64,000 nucleotides of DNA from Squalus acanthias (lineage: Eukaryota), in assembly GCA_030390025.1 (NCBI GenBank), contig JASTWF010000036.1:1426001-1490000 (forward strand), given 5' to 3'. The notes under the pieces are model-generated. The model made no database searches, was not told the DNA's origin, and saw only the letters and a program-made list of their open reading frames with translations. Positions 27,801 through 41,542 of this stretch are shown in pieces (positions within the stretch are counted from its first letter, which is position 1; each line of letters starts with the position of its first letter). The translations under genes and the position numbers were made by a program.

Positions 27801-30800
27801 CATTCCACGCCGTACTATTCCACACCATTCCACGCCGTACTATTCCACACCATTCCACGCTGTCCTATTCCACACCATTCCACACTGTACTATTCCACAC
27901 CATTCCACACTGTACTATTCCACACCATTCCACACTGTACTATTCCACACATTCCACACTGTACTATTCCACACCATTCCACGCTGTACTATTCCACACC
28001 ATTCTACGCTGTACTATTCCACACCATTCCACACTGTACTATTCCACACAATCCACACTGTACTATTCCACACATCACCTACATTCCACACTGTAACTAT
28101 TCCACACATTCCACGCTGTACTATTCCACACAGTACTATCCACACCATTCCACACTGTACTATTCCACACCATTCCACACTGTACTATTCCACACCATTC
28201 CACACTGTACTATTCCACACCATTCCACACTGTACTATTCCACACCATTCCACGCTGTACTATTCCACACCATTCCACGCTGTAATTCACACCATTCCAC
28301 ACTGTACTATCCACACCATTCCACGACTGTCCTATTCCACACCATTCCACACTGTACTATTCCACACCAATCCAAGCTGTACTATTCCACACCATTCCAC
28401 GCCGTACCATTCCAAACCATTCCACGCCGTACTATTCCACACCATTCCACACTGTACTATTCCACACCATTCCACGCCGTACTATTCCACACCATTCCAC
28501 ACTGTACTATTCCACACCATTCCACGCCGTACTATTCCACACCATTCCACGCTGTACTATTCCACACCATACAATTCCACACCATTCCACACTGTACTAT
28601 TCCACACCATTCCACGCTGTACTATTCCACACCATTCCACACTGTGCTATTCCACACCATTCCACGCCGTACTATTCCACACCATTCCACACTGTACTAT
28701 TCCACACCATTCCACGCCGTACTATTCCACACCATTCCACACTGTACTATTCCACACCATTCCACGCCGTACTATTCCACACCATTCCACACTGTACTAT
28801 TCCACACCATTCCACGCCGTACTATTCCACACCATTCCACACTGTACTATTCCACACCATTCTACACTGTCCTATTCCACACCATTCCACACTGTACTAT
28901 TCCACACCATTCCACACTGTCCTATTCCACATCATTCCACACTGTCCTATTCCACATCATTCCACACTGTACTATTCCACACCATTCCACACTGTACTTT
29001 CCACACCATTCCACACTGTACTATTCCACACCATTCCACAACTGTCCTATTCCACACCATTCCACACTGTCCTATTCCACACCATTCCACACTGTCCTAT
29101 TCCACACCATTCCACACTGTACTGTTCCACACCATTCCACACTGTACTGTTCCACACCATTCCACGCTGTACTATTCCACACCATTCCACGCTGTACTAT
29201 TCCACACCATTCCACACTGTACTATTCCACACTGTACTATTCCACATCATTCCACACCGTCCTATTCCACACCATTCCACACTGTACTATTCCACACTGT
29301 ACTATTCCACATCATTCCACACCGTCCTATTCCACACCATTCCACACTGTCCTATTCCACACCATTCCACACTGTCCTATTCCACACTGTCCTATTCCAC
29401 ACCATTCCACGCTGTCCTATTCCACACCATTCCACACTGTACTATTCCACACCATTCCACACTGTACTATTCCACACCATTCCACACTGTACTATTCCAC
29501 ACCATTCCACACTGTACTATTCCACACCATTCCACACTGTACTATTCCACCCCATTCCACACTGTACTATTCCACATCATTCCACACTGTACTATTCCAC
29601 ACCATTCCACACTGTACTATTCCACACTATTCCACGCTGTACTATTCCACACCATTCCACGCTGTACTATTCCACACCATTCCACACTGTCCTATTCCAC
29701 ACCATTCCACACTGTCCTATTCCACATCATTCCACACTGTACTATTCCACACCATTCCACACTGTACTATTCCACACCATTCCACACTGTCCTATTCCAC
29801 ACCATTCTACACTGTACTATTCCACACCATTCCACACTGTACTATTCCACAACATTCCACACTGTCCTATTCCACACCATTCCACACTGTCCTATTCCAC
29901 ACCATTCCACACTGTACTCCCCTACTATCCACCACCATTCCACCCTGTACTATTCCACACCATTCCACACTGTACTCTTCCACACCAATTCCACACTGTC
30001 CTGTTCCCCATCCACCTGTACTATTCCACACCATTCCACGCTGTACTCCCCCATCCACGACCATCCCTCTCCATGCCCGCTGTCCTATTCCACACCATTC
30101 CACGCTGTACTATTCCACCCATTCCACGCTGTACTAATTCCACACCATCCACCACTGTACTATTCCCACCGTTCAGACTGTTCCCACCATCCACGCTGTC
30201 CTACTCCCACCATTCCACGCTGTCCTATTCCAACCTCATTCCACACTGTTACTATTCCACACCATTCCACCACTGTACTATTCCACACCATTCCACACTG
30301 TCCTATTCCACACCATTCCACATGTACTACTCCCACCCATTCCACGCCTGTACTATTCCACACCAATTCCACCTCTGTACATTCCACACCCATTCCAACG
30401 CTGTCCTATTCCACACCATTCCACACTGTCCTATTCCACACCATTCCACGCTGTACTATTCCACACCATTCCACACTGTACTATTCCACACCATTCCACA
30501 CTGTCCAATTCCACACGGTCTATTCCACCATTCCACACTGTCCTATTCCACTCCATTCCACACTGTACTATTCCACACCATTCCACACTGTACTTTCCAC
30601 ACCATTCCACACTGTACTATTCCACACCATTCCACACTGTCCTATTCCACACCATTCCACACTGTACTATTCCACACCATTCCACGCTGTCCTATTCCAC
30701 ACCATTCCACACTGTACTATTCCACACCATTCCACACTGTACTATTCCACACCATTCACGCTGTACTATGCCACACGCGGTACTAGTCCACACATTCCAC

Positions 30801-33800
30801 GCTGTACTATTCCACACCATCCACCTGTACTATTCACACCATTCCGACGCTGGTACTATTCCACACCATTCCACGCTGTACTATTCCACACCATTCCACG
30901 CTGTACTATTCCACACCATTCCACGCTGTACTATTCCACACCATTCCACGCTGTACTATTCCACATCCATTCCACCTGTACTATTCCACATCCATTCCAC
31001 GCTGTACTATTCCACACCATTCCACGCTGTACGATTCCACACCATTCCACGCTGTACTATTCCACACCATTCCACACTGTACTATTCCACACCATTCCAC
31101 ACTGTACTATTCCACACCATTCCACACCGTACTATTCCACACCATTCCACGCCGTACTATTCCACACCATTCCACGCCGTACTATTCCACACCATTCCAC
31201 ACTGTACTATTCCACACCATTCCACACTGTACTATTCCACACCATTCCACACCGTACTATTCCACACCATTCTACACTGTCCTATTACACATCATTCCAC
31301 ACTGTACTATTCCACACTATTCCACACCATTCCACGCTGTACTATTCCACACCATTCCACACTGTACTATTCCACACCATTCCACGCTGTACTATTCCAC
31401 ACCATTCCACGCTGTACTATTCCACACCATTCCACACTGTACTATTCCACACCATTCCACACTGTACTATTCCACACCATTCCACACTGTACTATTCCAC
31501 ACCATTCCACACTGTACTATTCCACACCATTCCACACTGTACTATTCCACACCATTCCACACTGTACTATTCCACACCATTCCACACTGTACTATTCCAC
31601 ACCATTCCACACTGTCCTATTCCACACCATTCCACACTGTACTATTCCACACCATTCCACGCCGTACTATTCCACACCATTCCACGCCGTACTATTCCAC
31701 ACCATTCCACGCTGTACTATTCCACACCATTCCACACTGTACTATTCCACACCATTCCACACTGTACTATTCCACACCATTCCACACTGTACTATTGCAC
31801 ACCATTCCACGCTGTACTATTCCACACCATTCCACACTGTCCTATTCCACACCATTCCACACTGTACTATTCCACACCATTCCACGCCGTACTATTCCAC
31901 ACCATTCCACGCCGTACTATTCCACACCATTCCACGCTGTACTATTCCACACCATTCCACGCCGTACTATTCCACAACATTCCACGCTGTACTATTCCAC
32001 ACCATTCCACGCTGTACTATTCCACACCATTCCACACTGTACTATTGCACACCATTCCACGCTGTACTATTCCACACCATTCCACGCTGTACTATTCCAC
32101 ACCATTCCACACTGTACTATTGCACACCATTCCACGCTGTACTATTCCACACTGTACTATTGCACACTGTACTATTCCACACCATTCCACACTGTACTAT
32201 TCCACACCATTCCACACTGTACTATTGCACACCATTCCACGCCGTACTATTCCACACCATTCCACGCTGTACTATTCCACACCATTCCACACTGTACTAT
32301 TGCACACCATTCCACGCCGTACTATTCCAAACCATTCCACGCCGTACTATTCCACACCATTCCACACTGTACTATTCCACACCATTCCACGCCGTACTAT
32401 TCCACACCATTCCACACCGTACTATTCCACACCATTCCACGCCGTACTATTCCACACCATTCCACGCTGTACTATTCCACACCATTCCACGCGTACTATT
32501 CCACACCATTCCACACTGTACTATTCCACACCATTCCACGCCGTACTATTCCACACCATTCCACACTGTACTATTCCACACCATTCCACGCCGTACTATT
32601 CCACACCATTCCACACTGTACTATTCCACACCATTCCACGCCGTACTATTCCACACCATTCCACACTGTACTATTCCACACCATTCTACACTGTCCTATT
32701 CCACACCATTCCACACTGTACTATTCCACACCATTCCACACTGTCCTATTCCACATCATTCCACACTGTCCTATTCCACATCATTCCACACTGTACTATT
32801 CCACACCATTCCACACTGTACTTTCCACACCATTCCACACTGTACTATTCCACACCATTCCACAACTGTCCTATTCCACACCATTCCACACTGTCCTATT
32901 CCACACCATTCCACACTGTCCTATTCCACACCATTCCACACTGTACTGTTCCACACCATTCCACACTGTACTATTCCACACCATTCCACGCTGTACTATT
33001 CCACACCATTCCACGCTGTACTATTCCACACCATTCCACACTGTACTATTCCACACTGTACTATTCCACATCATTCCACACCGTCCTATTCCACACCATT
33101 CCACACTGTACTATTCCACACTGTACTATTCCACATCATTCCACACCGTCCTATTCCACACCATTCCACACTGTCCTATTCCACACCATTCCACACTGTC
33201 CTATTCCACACCATTCCACGCTGTCCTATTCCACACCATTCCACGCTGTCCTATTCCACACCATTCCACACTGTACTATTCCACACCATTCCACACTGTA
33301 CTATTCCACACCATTCCACACTGTACTATTCCACACCATTCCACACTGTACTATTCCACACCATTCCACACTGTACTATTCCACACCATTCCACGCCGTA
33401 CTATTCCACACCATTCCACACTGTACTATTCCACACCATTCCACACTGTCCTATTCCACACCATTCCACACTGTACTATTCCACACCATTCCACACTGTA
33501 CTATTCCACACCATTCCACACTGTACTATTCCACACCATCCCACACTGTACTATTCCACACCATTCCACACTGTACTATTCCACACCATTCCACACTGTA
33601 CTATTCCACACCATTCCACACTGTCCTATTCCACACCATTCCACACTGTACTATTCCACACCATTCCACACTGTACTATTCCACACCATTCCACACTGTA
33701 CTATTCCACACCATTCCACACTGTACTATTCCACACCATTCCACACTGTACTATTCCACACCATTCCACACTGTACTATTCCACACCATTCCACACTGTA

Positions 33801-36650
33801 CTATTCCACACCATTCCACACTGTACTATTCCACACCATTCCACACTGTACTATTCCACACCATTCCACACTGTACTATTCCACACCATTCCACACTGTA
33901 CTATTCCACACCATTCCACACTGTACTATTCCACACCATTCCACACTGTACTATTCCACGCTGTACTATTCCACACCATTCCACACTGTACTATTCCACA
34001 CCATTCCACACTGTCCTATTCCACACCATTCCACACTGTCCTATTCCACACCATTCCACACTGTCCTATTCCACACTGTACTATTCCACACCATTCCACA
34101 CTGTACTATTCCACACCATTCCACGCTGTACTATTCCACACCATTCCACGCTGTACTATTCCACACCATTCCACGCTGTACTATTCCACACCATTCCACG
34201 CTGTACTATTCCACACCATTCCACGCTGTACTATTCCACACCATTCCACGCTGTACTATTCCACACCATTCCACGCTGTACTATTCCACACCATTCCACG
34301 CTGTACTATTCCACACCATTCCACGCCGTACTATTCCACACCATTCCACACCGTACTATTCCACACCATTCCACACCGTACTATTCCACACCATTCCACA
34401 CCGTACTATTCCACACCATTCCACACCGTACTATTCCACACCATTCCACGCCGTACTATTCCACACCATTCCACACCGTACTATTCCACACCATTCCACA
34501 CCGTACTATTCCACACCATTCCACACCGTACTATTCCACACCATTCCACACTGTACTATTCCACACCATTCCACACTGTCCTATTCCACACCATTCCACA
34601 CTGTACTATTCCACACCATTCCACGCTGTACTATTCCACACCATTCTACACTGTCCTATTCCACATAATTCCACACTGTACTATTCCACACCATTCCACA
34701 CTGTACTATTCCACACTATTCCACGCTGTACTATTCCTCTTCATTCCACACTGTACTATTCCACATCATTCCACACTGTACTATTCCACACCATTCCACA
34801 CTGTACTATTCCACACCATTCCACGCTGTACTATTCCACACCATTCTACACTGTCCTATTCCACACCATTCCACACCATTCCACACTGTCCTATTCCACA
34901 CCATTCCACACTGTCCTATTCCACACCATTCCACACTGTCCTATTCCACACCATTCCACACTGTACTATTCCACACCATTCCACGCTGTCCTATTCCACA
35001 CCATTCCACACTGTACTATTCCACACCTTTCTACACTGTCCTATTCCACACCATTCCACACTGTCCTATTCCACAACATTCCACACTGTACTATTCCACA
35101 ACATTCCACACTGTACTATTCCACAACATTCCACACTGTACTATTCCACACCATTCCACACCGTACTATTCCACACCATTCCACGCTGTCCTATTCCACA
35201 CCATTCCACACTGTACTATTCCACACCATTCCACGCTGTACTATTCCACACCATTCTACACTGTCCTATTCCACATCATTCCACACTGTACTATTCCACA
35301 CTATTCCACACCATTCCACACTGTACTATTCCACACCATTCCACGCTGTACTATTCCACACCATTCCACACTGTACTATTCCACACCATTCCAGTCTGTA
35401 CTATTCCACACCATTCCACACTGTACTATTCCACACCATTCCACACTGTACTATTCCACACCATTCCACACTGTACTATTCCACACCATTCCACACTGTA
35501 CTATTCCACACCATTCCACACTGTACTATTCCACACCATTCCACACTGTACTATTCCACACCATTCCACACTGTACTATTCCACACCATTCCACACTGTC
35601 CTATTCCACACCATTCCACACTGTCCTATTCCACACCATTCGACACTGTACTATTCCACACCATTCCACGCCGTACTATTCCACACCATTCCACGCTGTA
35701 CTATTCCACACCATTCCACACCGTACTATTCCACACCATTCCACACTGTACTATTGCACACCATTCCACGCTGTACTATTCCACAACATTCCACACTGTA
35801 CTATTCCACACCATTCCACACTGTACTATTCCACACCATTCCACACTGTACTATTGCACACCATTCCACGCCGTACTATTCCACAACATTCCACACTGTA
35901 CTATTCCACACCATTCCACACTGTACTATTCCACACCATTCCACACTGTACTATTCCACGCTGTACTATTCCACACCATTCCACACCATTCCACACTGTA
36001 CTATTCCACACCATTCCACACTGTACTATTGCACACCATTCCACGCCGTACTATTCCACAACATTCCACACTGTACTATTCCACACCATTCCACACTGTA
36101 CTATTCCACACCATTCCACACTGTACTATTCCACGCTGTACTATTCCACACCATTCCACGCCATTCCACACTGTACTATTCCACACCATTCCACACTGTA
36201 CTATTGCACACCATTCCACGCCGTACTATTGCACACCATTCCACGCTGTACTATTCCACACCATTCCACGCCGTACTATTCCACACCATTCCACGCCGTA
36301 CTATTCCACACCATTCCACACTGTACTATTCCACACCATTCCACGCCGTACTATTCCACACCATTCCACACTGTACTATTCCACACCATTCCACGCCGTA
36401 CTATTCCACACCATTCCACGCCGTACTATTCCACACCATTCCACGCCGTACTATTCCACACCATTCCACACTGTACTATTCCACACCATTCCACACTGTA
36501 CTATTCCACACCATTCCACACTGTACTATTCCACACCATTCCACACTGTACTATTCCACACCATTCCACACTGTACTATTCCACACCATTCCACACTGTG
36601 CTATTCCACGCTGTACTATTCCATCCCATTCCATGCTGTACTGTACCATG
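9826..36650. repeat. Satellite array, ~26.8 kb, 25-bp consensus TATTCCACACCATTCCACACTGTAC (~1,070 units), with 10- and 15-bp sub-unit gains and losses
   Basis: Tandem repeat read directly; underlying 5-bp periodicity ATTCC-ACACC-ATTCC-ACACT-GTACT. Confidence 0.99.
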
Positions 36651-37406
36651 TAAATCTATTCCATACCATTACTTTCCATAGCGTAGCATATTATACCATA
36701 CCATGCCATTTCATCTGCTTACCACTCTGTACTAAAGTGCCTCTTCAACTTGATCTGACACTGCCGCTTTTTATAGCAGCAGTGTCGAACCTTAACAAAC
36801 CATATCTTGCAAAATCTCTCTGCCACCTTATCAACGTCCAATGTCAAGTGGAACCCTTAGCATTTGGTTTTGACTACAGTCCAGTGACGCAACCCACAAT
36901 CGCTGCTCGAAAGATAACATTGCCAAAGATGACTGCAAGAAAAAAATTGCAGCCAGCAAATCCACTTACAATAATCCACTCAGCTCAGTACAGTTTGGAG
37001 AGAGGACAAGAAGCTCAATCTTTGATACATATGCCATCACAATTTCTGTGTGATCATCAAGACGGCAATCACTTTTTTTAAATTACCATATTGTCAGGGA
37101 TTTGAAAGGAATTGACATTTATTGATGTGCATTTTACACGTATCGGGCAATTCCTGCGTACTGTATTATCTCAAGCAGCCAACTCAGTCTGTGCTGGAGG
37201 CTTTCTTCAAAAATGGCAGGCGTTGATTGCATGAAGCTTGAATGAAGCACCAGTTTAGATAAACATATGGTAGCCCCCATTGGTGGAATTCCTCCTTTCC
37301 CTCAGCACGCGGTTACAACCCAGATGGTTTTATTTTCCATTCGGCCTCCTCCTGTGCCAAAACATAACAGGCACTTTCAATCAGTTTGAAGTGCATCAGG
37401 TGTTTG

Positions 37407-37874
37407 TCAGCTGTGGCTCAGTGGGCAGCACTCTTCCCTCTGAGTCAGAAGGTTGTGGGTTCAAGATTCACTCCAGAGACTTGAGCACAAAAATCTAGGC
37501 TGACACTCCAGTGCAGTGCTGAGGGAGTGCTGCACTGTCGGAGGTGCCGTCTTTTGGATGAGACGTTAAACCGAGGCCCCATCTGCTCTCTCAGGTGGAT
37601 GCAAAAGATCCCACGGCACTCTATCGAAGAAGAGCAGGGGAATTTTCCCCAGCGACCTGACCAATATTTATCCCTCAATCAACATCACTAAACCAGATTA
37701 TCTGGCCATTTTTACATTGCTGTTTGTGGGAGCTTGCTGTGTGCAAATTGTCTGCCGCGTTTCCTACATTACAACAGTGACTACACTTCCAAAATACTTC
37801 ATTGGTTGTAAAGCGCTTTGGGACGTCCTGAGGTTGTGAAAGGTGCTATAGAAATGCAAGTTCTTTCTTTCTTT
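37407..37874 (+). mobile_element. Full-length tRNA-derived Deu-domain SINE (SacSINE1-like) with L2-type tail
   Basis: Pol III A box TGGCTCAGTGG, B-box-like GGTTCAAGATTC, central GATGAGACGTTAAACCGAGGCCCC..TGTTTGTGGGAGCTTGCTGTGTGCAAATTG, tail AAAGCGCTTTGGGACG..GCTATAGAAATGCAAG(TTCT)n; several other copies in the window. Confidence 0.88.
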
Positions 37875-38160
37875 AGGCCTCAGACTCCAAGAGAGACTTG
37901 CCGCACTTTAATCTGAGTGAGGGGCTTGTGTAAGTGAAAGGAACATTTGAGTGGTTGACTGAAAGAGAAAGCGATTTTTAAAAAAAGCTATCAGTGAGTT
38001 TGGATGCTGGAAGTACAAGATCACATCAGATAGCGCATTCTTGTGCTCTGAATGGAGTGAGAGACAGGTTCTTGAAGAGCTTCCCAGTTCTTTGAGTCTG
38101 GGATGGACTTTATAGGAAGTGGGGAGTTGTTGAGGGGAAAAGTATCCCAAGTCTAAGTTC

Positions 38161-38212
38161 TTGGCGGAACAGGCTTGAGGGGCTGAATGGCCTACTCCTG
38201 TTCCTATGTTCT
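38161..38212 (+). mobile_element. Isolated CR1 3' tail (or tail of a CR1-dependent SINE)
   Basis: TGGCGGAACAGGCTTGAGGGGCTGAATGGCCTACTCCTGTTCCTATGTTCT matches the CR1 ends at 6.4 and 7.9 kb. Confidence 0.75.
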
Positions 38213-38359
38213 GTGCTCAAAAGCACTGACTGTCGGAAGGTGAAGTGCTGATAGGACAATTCTTGATGCGCTCAGACTTCCATCCGCTCAGAGAGCAGCA
38301 GTATCGTACCCTCAGGGGCCACACTCACTGAGGCGCCTAAATCCCTCCATTGACTGCAA

Positions 38360-39750
38360 AAAAGGAAGGCTTGTATTTATATTGTGCCCCATCACATCAC
38401 CAAAACACCACAAAGTCATGAAGAAAGTAAGGAGTTGTGGGATAGAGGGAAATTTGGCCGATTGGATAAGTAACTGGCGATCTCATAGAAGGCAGAGGGT
38501 GGTGGTGGATGGAACATTTTCGGACTGGAGACCAGTTACCAGCGGTGTGCCACAGGGGTCGGTGCTGGGTCCTCTGCTGTTTGTGATTTTTATCAATGAC
38601 TTGGAGGAGGGGACTGAAGGGTGGATCAGTAAATTTGCTGATGACACCAAGATTGGTGGAGCAGTGGATGAGGTGGAGGGCTGTTGTCGGCTGCAAAGAG
38701 ACATTGATAGGATGCAGAGCTGGGCCGAAAAATGGCAGATGGAATTTAACCCTGATAAGTGCGAGGTGATTCATTTTGGTAGGGCAAATTTGAATAAGGA
38801 TTACAGGGTCAACGGCAGGGTTCTGAGGAACGTGGAGGAGCAGAGGGATCTGGGGGTTCATATCCACAGATCTCTGAAGGTGGATAGAGCAGTAAAGAAG
38901 GCCTATGGTGTGTTGGCGTTTATTAACAGAGGGTTTGAGTTTAAGAACCGTGAGGTTATGCTGCAACTGTACAGGACCTTGGTGAGACCACATTTGGAAT
39001 ATTGTGTGCAGTTCTGGTCACCTCACTATAGGAAGGACGTGGAAGCATTGGAAAGAGTGCAAAGGAGATTTACCAGGATGCTGCCTGGTTTGGGGGGGAG
39101 GTCTTATGAGGAAAGATTGAGGGAGTTGGGGCTTTTCTCTTTAGAGCGGAGGAGGATGAGAGGCGACTTAATAGAGGTTTATAAGATGATGAGGGGGATA
39201 GATAGAGTGGATGTTCAGAGACTATTTCCTCGGGTAGAGGCAGCTGTTACAAGGGGGCATAACTATAAGGTGCATGGGGGGAGATATAGAAGGGATGTCC
39301 GAGGTAGATTCTTTACTCAGAGAGTGGTTGGGGTGTGGAATGGACTGCCTGCTGTGATAGTGGAGTCGGACACTTTAGGAACTTTCAAGCGGTTATTGGA
39401 TAAGCACATGGAGCACACCAGAGTGATAGGGAGTGTGATAGCTTGATCTTGGTCTCGGACAATGCTCGGCACAACATCGAGGGCCGAAGGGCCTGTACTG
39501 TGCTGTACTGTTCTATGTCTATGTCTTCACACACTTATTTTGGAAACACCGTGACCATTGTTAGGTAGGCAAACAACGGCAGCAACATTCCACGAACCGC
39601 CATGAGGTGAATGACCAGTTCATGTGTTTCTGGCAGTATTGGTTGAGGGAGGAATGTTGGCCAGGCCACCAGGCGAGCTCCCTGCTCTCCTATGAATCGT
39701 GCCTGAAAGGGCCGATAGGACCTCAGTTTAACATCTCAAGTGAAGGACAA
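38360..39750 (-). mobile_element. Old diverged Deu-type SINE (38360-38415 and 39527-39750) split by a CR1 insertion
   Basis: The reverse-complemented tail CTTGTATTTATATTGTGCC is on the left. TTGGTTGAGGGAGGAATGTTGGCCAGG..CCTCAGTTTAACATCTCA on the right matches the minus copy at 61.5 kb. Confidence 0.55.
38416..39526 (+). mobile_element. CR1 LINE 3' fragment of a different subfamily, open RT frame to 39446
   Basis: ORF 38382..39446 has [16 protein letters not shown] and RPHLEYCVQFW; 3' end GGGCCGAAGGGCCTGTACTGTGCTGTACTGTTCTATGTCTATGTC. Confidence 0.93.
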
Positions 39751-40506
39751 TGGAGCTTTTGCTGCGACCAGGGGAAGTAAAGGTGTTTTTCCTGTCTTTT
39801 GTTCCTTGATAAATCCGACCTGCGTCGTATGTGTAACAGTAGCATCTTATTGAGGGCATTATGATCCTAAGCTGATTACTGTACGCACTAGTTTAATGGC
39901 TGTCTTGTTAATGCCAATGTTCGTTTAAAGCAAATATTTCCTCAGACACCAATTAATTGCCCATAAGTTCACTCTTGTTTTCTTTATAGTTACAATTGAG
40001 TAAAGTAAGCACTGCAGGGTTGTAACCATTAATAGGCTTCTCCTGTATTCTGCTAAATGAGTGAAGGAAGGGAAGGTAATAAGAACCTTGGGGCAGGTGA
40101 TGACTATAAAGCTTCTCCAAGATGTTAGCCCTATTATTATCCCTGCATGCATCCTCTTTAGATCCAAACTCCCAAAAAGCAATTGTCTCAGCGTTCTGTT
40201 GGCGCTTGAGTTGTACGCACTGAAGTGGAGCTGTTTTACAGCTTCCTCATGTTCCACTGTCACATTGTGTGGCTGATACCACCCCAGAAATAGTGAGATT
40301 GTGGCAATGATGGCACAATTGGCACTGGCCAGTGTATCAGTAAGGGAGCCCTATGTGAGTGTGTGTGTGTGTCCCTGTGAGTGTGGATGTGGGGTGCGGG
40401 GGGATGGCAAGGAGGGGGAGAGAATCAAGCGCAACGAACAAATAAGTCAGTGGAGCTGCAAGATAATGCTAGTTTCCAGTGCATGACTCAAAAACCATAT
40501 AGTATA

Positions 40507-40827
40507 ATCTAGGCTAATACTTCAGTGCTGCACTGTCAGAGGAGACGTTAAGCCAAGGTCCTGCTGCCCTCTCAAGTGGACATAAAAGTTTTCACGGCCA
40601 TGATTCCAAAGAAGAGCAGGGGTCCTGGTTAATATTTATCCCTCAACCACCACCACTAAAAACAGATTATCTGGTCATTTATTTCATTACTGCTTGTGGG
40701 AGCTTGCTATGCACAAATTGGCTGCCGCACTTCCTACATTACAACAGTGACTACACTTCAAAAGTAATTGGCTGTGGGACGTCCTGAGGACATGAGAGAT
40801 GCCGTATAAAGGCAAATTCTTTCTTTC
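40507..40827 (+). mobile_element. Deu-domain SINE, 5'-truncated and internally deleted
   Basis: ATCTAGGCT..GTGCTGCACTGTCAGAGG..GAAGAGCAGGGG..CCTACATTACAACAGTGACTACACTTCAAAAG matches 37407-37874. Confidence 0.8.
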
Positions 40828-41542
40828 ATTGCAAGCTAGAAATTAGCAGACAATGTTCGACGCCTTCGTATAACCTTCCCCTGTTGGGCAATTTAGCTGA
40901 GGTGTTAACGCATTTAAAATAAATGAGTTGAGACTAGGATTAAAATAGTGGACAGAGGGATGCCACATGAAGATGTTAAGTGTTTGTCCACCAACAGTAA
41001 TTTATAATACGGGCATGATTTAGTGTAGAATAAATCAGTGCTATATTCTGCTGGTGTTCCTGTCGTACCAGTCATCTGCCATACACGTTCACTGTCCTCT
41101 TTATTGCCCTATGACCTATACAATGTTGCCTTGACTACATTCAGTGCGCCAACAATATCCTGGTTAGAAGGCGGCAATGTCACTTTAAGCAATCAGCAGT
41201 AGGCCAGGCTTTGCTGCTAACATTCACTCCCCGCAGGCAACAACGTTTAAGCTTTCTTTGGCAGCAGGGGGTGTTTGTTTTGATTAAAGTTGCAGGTTGC
41301 AGACTGGCTTCACTTGCACTGTGCAAGATGTTTGAAGAGTGCCTCCTATGAGATGAATTCAGCTGTCCCCCAGCTCCAACAGACAGGGGGGAAACAGAGG
41401 GCCGCGGATTAAAGCTCAGATTGTTTCAGTCCCACATCAGCACGGCGGTTTCAGTTCGGTTCCTTGCTGCTTTGACACCACGCCTATCCCTGCTGAATGC
41501 AGAGCTGTCAACACTGGGGGAGTGTCAGGAGTGAGACTTCTG

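Noticed and set aside
9826..36650. CRISPR array or telomeric repeat
   Set aside because: No unique spacers, no cas genes and no TTAGGG; it is a head-to-tail satellite in vertebrate DNA.
9829..37081. Giant ORFs (6985, 4870, 4353, 1961, 1678 aa and others) as real genes
   Set aside because: They overlap in all three frames with the same peptide and follow from a stop-free 25-bp monomer; there is no unique domain or sign of codon-level constraint.
37407..37490. tRNA gene (likewise 56993-57065 and 61700-61766)
   Set aside because: The A/B boxes belong to SINE heads that continue into the SINE body; no convincing cloverleaf.
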